A stretch of 11,270 nt of DNA from assembly GCA_015523565.1 (NCBI GenBank), contig WAKA01000172.1, forward strand, positions 1-11,270. Direction: 5' to 3'. Source of the DNA: Candidatus Heimdallarchaeota archaeon. GTDB lineage: Archaea; Asgardarchaeota; Heimdallarchaeia; Heimdallarchaeales; Kariarchaeaceae. Each line of letters opens with the position of its first letter. The first letter of the stretch is position 1. The position numbers were made by a program, and so were the translations under genes. The notes below the pieces were generated by a model. It was given only the letters and a program-made list of their open reading frames with translations. It was not told where the DNA came from and ran no database searches. Below are positions 8,510 to 11,270 of this stretch, piece by piece.

Positions 8510-11230
8510 TTAATACTGAACCAAACCGTAACCGCTGTACGCTGTCCAAGCCGAGGTGCCGAACTGATACGCCATGCTGTGAAGCAAGCCACGAATAGTG
8601 GCGTCACCCATGTCATAGAACCCACCAACAGGAAGGTGACCATATTCGGCAATCAACAATGCAACAACACCACTGACATGGGGTGTCGCCATCGAGGTGC
8701 CAGCCCACATGGCATAGCTGCCATTCAAGAAGGTGGATACAATGAATTCACCAGGAGCAACCAGCTCAAGGTATGGGGCTGTATTTGAGAATGTGCTCAC
8801 ACGATCATACATATCGGTTGAACCCACTGCAATCACCTCTGAATAGGCAGCTGGCCATGTGTCTCCTTCAAGGGTGGTTATGTCGCCGTCTCCTCCGTTG
8901 CCTGCCGCTGCGACAAGAACTACGCCATTATCATAGGCAAACTTGATCGCATCATACACGTACGACGGAGGTAACTCTCCTTGCGAGTCAAAGGACATTG
9001 AAATGACATCCGCATCGTCTTTGGTGCCCAAAATCCCATCAGGACCATATACCGCAGCGTAAATACCATCAGCAAACCATTGGTACTCGCCAACCATGTC
9101 CCGACCTGCCAAAACCTTGATGCCATAGATTTCAGCACCTGAGGCAACACCTGCAACGCCAAAACCATTGTAGGATGCTGCAATTGTGCCTGCAACATGA
9201 GTGCCATGACCTGTCTCATCTTTGACACCTGTACCCGTGGCATCATAAACCCATGTTACTTTGCCAGCAAGATCGGGGTGTGATGGATCGATTCCGGTAT
9301 CCAAGACTGCTATTTGGACACCTTCCCCGCCGACTTCATAGTCTCTTACAACTCTGTCGACACCCCATGGAATCTCTCCATCACGAACACCCAAGTTGAT
9401 GTGCGAAAGGATGAAATCACGTACTTCAGTCTCACTCCATTTGTTCTTCACTTTTCGAATGTCGTGCTTTACTTCCTTGAAATCATGTTTGAATTCTCTC
9501 AGACCATCCAGGAAAGCACGGACATTTGACAACTCCTCACGAATAGCTGATTTGTCATCTGAATTCTTCAACTCATGCCTCAAGTACTTGCGGTATGCCT
9601 TTGCCCCTGATTTGATGTCTTTCAGCATTAATTTGAACAAATGATAAAGGTCTTTCAGACCATGGCGTACCTCTTTTGCTGAAAAATCATCACCAGTGGA
9701 CCAGAACGGTGTGCTCCAGAAAGCAGTGCTCCAAAATGCGGTGCTCCAGAACGGGGTACTCCAGAAAGCAGTGCTCCAAAATGCGGTGCTCCAGAACGGG
9801 GTACTCCAGAAAGGCGTGCTCCAGAATGGGGTACTCCAGAACGGTGTGCTCCAGAAAGGCGTACTCCAGAACGGTGTGCTCCAGAAAGGTGTACTCCAAA
9901 AGGCAGTACTCCAGAAAATCGTGCTCCAAAATGCGGTACTCCAGAAGGGAGATGCCTTTGTCAATGTACTCCAAAAGGCTGAGCTTTCCATTGCAGTACT
10001 CCAGAACGGGGTACTCCAGAACGGCGTGCTCCAGAATGGTGTGCTCCAAAACGGCGTGCTCCAGAACGGGGTACTCCAAAAGGCAGTACTCCAAAAGGCA
10101 GTGCTCCAAAAGACGGTACTCCAGAATGCAGTGCTCCAAAATGCACTATCAGTTAATGCAGTTGACCAATATGCACTGTTTTGGTTTATTGTTGACCAAA
10201 ATATGTCTGGATTGAAATTAGTGCTCCAAAAGGCTGTGCTCCAAAAAGCAGTGCTCCAGAAAATTGTGCTCCAGAAGGCAGTACTCCAGAAGACAGTGCT
10301 CCAGAATGGTTGTCCAGTCAAGTCTGTACTCCAGAAAGGAGATCCTTCAAAAATAGTGCTCCAAAAGGGTGCACCAACAACATCGGTACTCCAAAAAGCT
10401 GTACTCCAAAAGGCAGTACTCCAAAAGATTGTACTCCAGAATGGGGTACTCCAGAATGGGGTACTCCAGAAGGCATCATTGTTGATAAGAGTACTCCAAA
10501 ACGCTTGAGCATCAATCCCATTTGTGCTCCAGAATGCAGTGCTCCAAAAGGGAGTGCTCCAAAAAGCATCATTTTGTAAGAGAGTACTCCAAAATGCTTG
10601 GGCACTGAAAGTTGACCAAAATGCGGCATCCTGCATCAATGTTGACCAAAATGCTTGAGCATTGAAACCAGTGCTCCAAAAAGCGGTGCTCCAAAAGATT
10701 GTACTCCAAAAGGCTTGAGCATTAAGATCTGTTGACCAAAATGCTTGGGCATCCATTTGGGTAGACCAAAAGGCCTGAGCATCAAATTGAGTGGACCAGA
10801 AAACAGTGGACCAATATGCCGTTGACCAAAACGGCGTGGCCCAAAAGGGGTCAGACTGAGTCAATGTTGACCAGAAGGCACTACCCTCATTTGAAGTTGA
10901 CCAAAAGTATGTTGACCAAAATGGATCAGCCTGCAGGGTTGACCAGAAATATGTCGCCCAAAATGGATCAGACTGAAGAGACGTTGACCAAAAAGCGTCA
11001 GACGTCATATCAGTCGACCAAAATAGGCTACCTCTAGTCAAGGTAGACCAAAAGGCCGATGCGCCCACATCAGTCGACCAAAATAATGAGTCCTGTACTG
11101 GTGTTGCCCAAAAGGGTTGGGATTGAAATGCAGTTGCCTTGAATCCTCCATTTTGAGCGTCAGTCAAAGGGAAGGCTCCCAAGACAAGTATTAGAGTTAT
11201 CAGAAGAGTGAAGGTTTTGTCACGTTGCAA
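8510..11230 (-). CDS. secreted S8A subtilisin-family serine protease with N-terminal xFWST repeat domain
   Basis: Catalytic D644 (VLDTG), H675 (HGTHVAG), S846 (GTSMATPHV) and oxyanion N778 (AAAGN). EIPWGVDRV marks the mature-domain start. The GPDG insertion and LPVGGFYD..TIRGLLH recall Tk-subtilisin/aerolysin-type archaeal subtilases. It has a Sec signal peptide and a TTG start. Confidence 0.95.
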   Translation of the reverse strand: MQRDKTFTLLITLILVLGAFPLTDAQNGGFKATAFQSQPFWATPVQDSLFWSTDVGASAFWSTLTRGSLFWSTDMTSDAFWSTSLQSDPFWATYFWSTLQADPFWSTYFWSTSNEGSAFWSTLTQSDPFWATPFWSTAYWSTVFWSTQFDAQAFWSTQMDAQAFWSTDLNAQAFWSTIFWSTAFWSTGFNAQAFWSTLMQDAAFWSTFSAQAFWSTLLQNDAFWSTPFWSTAFWSTNGIDAQAFWSTLINNDAFWSTPFWSTPFWSTIFWSTAFWSTAFWSTDVVGAPFWSTIFEGSPFWSTDLTGQPFWSTVFWSTAFWSTIFWSTAFWSTAFWSTNFNPDIFWSTINQNSAYWSTALTDSAFWSTAFWSTVFWSTAFWSTAFWSTPFWSTPFWSTPFWSTPFWSTPFWSTAMESSAFWSTLTKASPFWSTAFWSTIFWSTAFWSTPFWSTPFWSTPFWSTPFWSTPFWSTPFWSTPFWSTAFWSTAFWSTPFWSTAFWSTAFWSTPFWSTGDDFSAKEVRHGLKDLYHLFKLMLKDIKSGAKAYRKYLRHELKNSDDKSAIREELSNVRAFLDGLREFKHDFKEVKHDIRKVKNKWSETEVRDFILSHINLGVRDGEIPWGVDRVVRDYEVGGEGVQIAVLDTGIDPSHPDLAGKVTWVYDATGTGVKDETGHGTHVAGTIAASYNGFGVAGVASGAEIYGIKVLAGRDMVGEYQWFADGIYAAVYGPDGILGTKDDADVISMSFDSQGELPPSYVYDAIKFAYDNGVVLVAAAGNGGDGDITTLEGDTWPAAYSEVIAVGSTDMYDRVSTFSNTAPYLELVAPGEFIVSTFLNGSYAMWAGTSMATPHVSGVVALLIAEYGHLPVGGFYDMGDATIRGLLHSMAYQFGTSAWTAYSGYGLVQY
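9695..11116 (-). repeat. coding tandem repeat: 70 x 15-nt units encoding x-[FY]-W-[SA]-T with 25 unique spacers
   Basis: Residues 39-512 contain 65 FWST, 3 FWAT and 2 YWST. Spacers are 22 of 5 aa, 2 of 4 aa and 1 of 6 aa. Confidence 0.98.
11156..11230 (-). other. Sec signal peptide
   Basis: MQRDK n-region, TFTLLITLILVLGAF hydrophobic core, and a likely cleavage site at TDA|Q. Confidence 0.75.
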
Positions 11231-11234
11231 TGAT

Positions 11235-11241
11235 TCACCTC
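11235..11241 (-). promoter_or_regulatory. Shine-Dalgarno site GAGGTGA
   Basis: Lies 4 nt upstream of the TTG start. A TTATAATA TATA-like box lies at 11253-11260. Confidence 0.6.
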
Positions 11242-11270
11242 AGCATAGCTGTTATTATAATATTTGAAAT

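Noticed and set aside
9676-10629. Alternative-frame repeat ORFs (VLQNG/VLQKA 9696-10508, CSR/YSR 9676-10215, LEH/LEY 9690-10139 and others)
   Set aside because: These are shadows of the stop-free 15-nt repeat. Variation is synonymous only in the FWST frame, which also has the signal peptide, SD site and protease domain.
9695-11116. Repeat-spacer pattern as a CRISPR array
   Set aside because: Units are 15 nt, vary at synonymous positions and stay in frame in a long ORF. Spacers are 0-18 nt and there are no cas genes in the window.
9695-11116. Homology to FG-nucleoporin, WD40 or W-x-x-W C-mannosylation motifs
   Set aside because: There are no FG dipeptides in the array, Trp spacing is 5 or about 10 rather than 3 or about 40, and the protein has a secretion signal.

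Overview
This window is probably archaeal, most likely Asgard. That call is inferred from a longin-like protein, TATA-type promoters, FtsX-like permeases and a Tk-subtilisin-like protease. On the + strand it carries a translationally coupled MacB/FtsX-type ABC operon (permease, ATPase, permease), a longin-like domain fused to about 4 TM helices, and a tandem pair of coiled-coil/PD-(D/E)XK-like paralogs. The paralogs are about 99% identical in the promoter and 5' part but only about 78% identical in the 3' part. The standout is a 906-aa secreted S8 subtilase on the - strand. After its signal peptide come 70 copies of x-[FY]-W-[SA]-T with 25 unique 4-6 aa spacers, then a charged helical segment instead of a normal propeptide, then an intact catalytic domain with atypical substrate-binding residues. 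All counts were made by hand from the sequence.
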